Of a stretch of DNA of 64,000 bases, positions 61,601-64,000 are shown one piece after another. The DNA comes from Eledone cirrhosa (Eukaryota): positions 369,334,001 through 369,398,000 of the forward strand of contig OZ024742.1 in the NCBI GenBank assembly GCA_964016885.1, read 5' to 3'. Numbering within the stretch: the stretch's first letter is position 1; each line of letters starts with the position of its first letter. A program made the translations under genes and the position numbers. The notes under the pieces were generated by a model. That model did no database searches, had not been told where the DNA came from, and saw nothing but the letters and a program-made list of their open reading frames with translations.

Positions 61601-64000
61601 AGATGTCATGTTCAAATGTTGTATGATCACCATATTATATCTGTTGGCCAGTGATGTCTGGTCTATATACAGTGACATGAGCAACTGTACAGATGTCATG
61701 TTCAAATTTTGTATGATCACCATATTATATCTGTTGGCCAGTGATGTCTGGTCTATATACAGTGATATGAGCAACTCTACAGATGTCATGTTCAAATGTT
61801 GTATGATCACCATATTATATCTGTTGGCCAGTGATGTCTGGTCTATATACAGTGTTATGAGCAACTCTACAGATGTCATGTTCAAATGTTGTATGATCAC
61901 CATATTATATCTGTTGACCAGTGATGTCTGGTCTATATACAGTGATATGAGCAACTCTATAGATCTCATGTTCAAATGTTGTATGATCACCATATTATAT
62001 CTGTTGGCCAGTGATGTCTGGTCTATATACAGTGTTATGAGCAACTGTACAGATCTCATGTTCAAATGTTGTATGATCACCATATTATATCTGTTGGCCA
62101 GTGATGTCTGGTCTATATACAGTGTTATGAGCAACTCTACAGATCTCATGTTCAAATGTTGTATGATCACCATATTATATCTGTTGGCCAGTGATGCCTG
62201 GTCTATATACAGTGTAATGAACAACTCTACAGATGTCATGTTCAAATGTTGTATGATCACCATATTATATCTGTTGGCCAGTGATGTCTGGTCTATATAC
62301 AGTGTTATGAGCAACTCTACAGATCTCATGTTCAAATGTTGTATGATCACCATATTATATCTGTTGGCCAGTGATGCCTGGTCTATATACAGTGTTATGA
62401 GCAACTCTACAGATGTCATGTTCAAATGTTGTATGATCACCATATTATATCTGTTGGCTAGTGATGTCTGGTCTATATACAGTGTTATGAGCAACTCTAC
62501 AGATCTCTTGTTCAAATGTTGTATGATCACCATATTATATCTGTTGGCCAGTGATGTCTGGTCTATATACAGTGACATGAGCAACTGTACAGATGTCATG
62601 TTCAAATGTTGTATGATCACCATATTATATCTGTTGGCCAGTGATGTCTGGTCTATATACAGTGATATGAGCAACTCTACAGATGTCATGTTCAAATGTT
62701 GAATGATCACCATATTATATCTGTTGGCCAGTGATGTCTGGTCTACATACAGTGTTATGAGCAACTCTACAGATGTCATGTTCAAATGTTGTATGATCAC
62801 CATATTATATCTGTTGGCCAGTGATGTCTGGTCTATATAGAGTGTTATGAGCAACTGTACAGATGTCATGTTCAAATGGTGTATGATCACCATATTATAT
62901 CTGTTGGCCAGTGATGTCTGGTCTATATACAGTGTTATGAGCAACTCTACACATGTCATGTTCAAATGTTGTATGATCACCATATTATATCTGTTGGCCA
63001 GTGATGTCTGGTCTATATACAGTGTTATGAGCAACTCTAAAGATCTCATGTTCAAATGTTATATGATCACCATATTATATCTGTTGGCCAGTGATGTCTG
63101 GTCTATATACAGTGTTATGAGCAACTCTACAGATGTCATGTTCAAATGTTGTATGATCACCATATTATATCTGTTGGCCAGTGGTGTCTGGTCTATATAC
63201 AGTGATATGAGCAACTCTACAGATGTCATGTTCAAATGTTGTATGATCACCATATTATATCTGTTGGCCAGTGATGTCTGGTCTATATACAGTGATATGA
63301 GCAACTCTACAGATGTCATGTTCAAATGTTGTATGATCACCATATTATATCCGTTGGCCAGTGATGTCTGGTCTATATACAGTGTTATGAGCTACTGTAC
63401 AGATCTCATGTTCAAATGTTGTATGATCACCATATTATATCTGTTGGCCAGTGATGTCTGGTCTATATACAGTGTTATGAGCAACTCTACAGATCTCATC
63501 TTCAAATGTTGTATGATCACCATATTATATCTGTTGGCCAGTGATGTCTGGTCTATATACAGTGTTATGAGCAACTCTACAGATGTCATGTTCAAATGTT
63601 GTATGATCACCATATTATATCTGTTGACCAGTGATATTTGGTCTATATACACTGTTATGAGCAACTCTACAGATGTCATGTTCAAATGTTGTATGATCAC
63701 CATATTATATCTGTTGGCCAGTGGTGTCTGGTCTATATACAGTGATATGAGCAACTCTACAGATGTCATGTTCAAATGTTGTATGATCACCATATTATAT
63801 CTGTTGGCCAGTGATGTCTGGTCTATATACAGTGTTATGAGCAACTCTAAAGACCTCATGTTCAAATGTTATATGATCACCATATTATATCTGTTGGCCA
63901 GTGACGTCTGGTCTATATACAGTGTTATGAGCAACTGTACAGATGTCATGTTCAAATGTTGTATGATCACCATATTATATCTGTAGGCCAGTATGTCTGG
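25690..64000. repeat. 90-bp tandem satellite, about 425 units, running off the window
   Basis: Consensus AGTGATGTCTGGTCTATATACAGTGTTATGAGCAACTCTACAGATGTCATGTTCAAATGTTGTATGATCACCATATTATATCTGTTGGCC. Phase is preserved without indel until a 1-bp deletion near 60574. Confidence 0.99.

Noticed and set aside
25669-63986. Giant repeat proteins (10,980 aa and antisense ORFs) as real CDS
   Set aside because: They arise from a 3n-period satellite. Variants show no synonymous bias and there are no flanking domains. Retained only as a testable finding.

Overview
Eukaryotic, repeat-dense window with no recognisable host gene. The SINE families resemble those I recall from octopus/cephalopod genomes, but the species is inference only. 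Bases 1-12.2 kb hold three tRNA-SINE copies, an 81-bp minisatellite and four Penelope-like element (PLE) insertions: one with an intact 1206-aa RT + C-terminal GIY-YIG ORF between direct pseudo-LTRs, one 5'-truncated relative with an inverted pseudo-LTR, and two remnants of a different family. Together they carry six minimal type I hammerhead ribozyme motifs of two designs. Bases 12.8-24.7 kb are a nested stack: an RTE (Expander/Rex3-like) 3' end with a (GAA)n tail, two R4/Dong-clade RLE retrotransposons inserted head-to-tail into GAA tracts (one with an 18-bp TSD and a candidate HDV-like 5' fold), and a 5.2-kb GAA tract. From about 25.7 kb to the end is a 90-bp satellite (about 425 units) with higher-order structure and a 10,980-codon open frame that looks non-coding. 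Unexpectedly, this satellite shares a 29-bp hairpin core with the 81-bp minisatellite 25 kb away.
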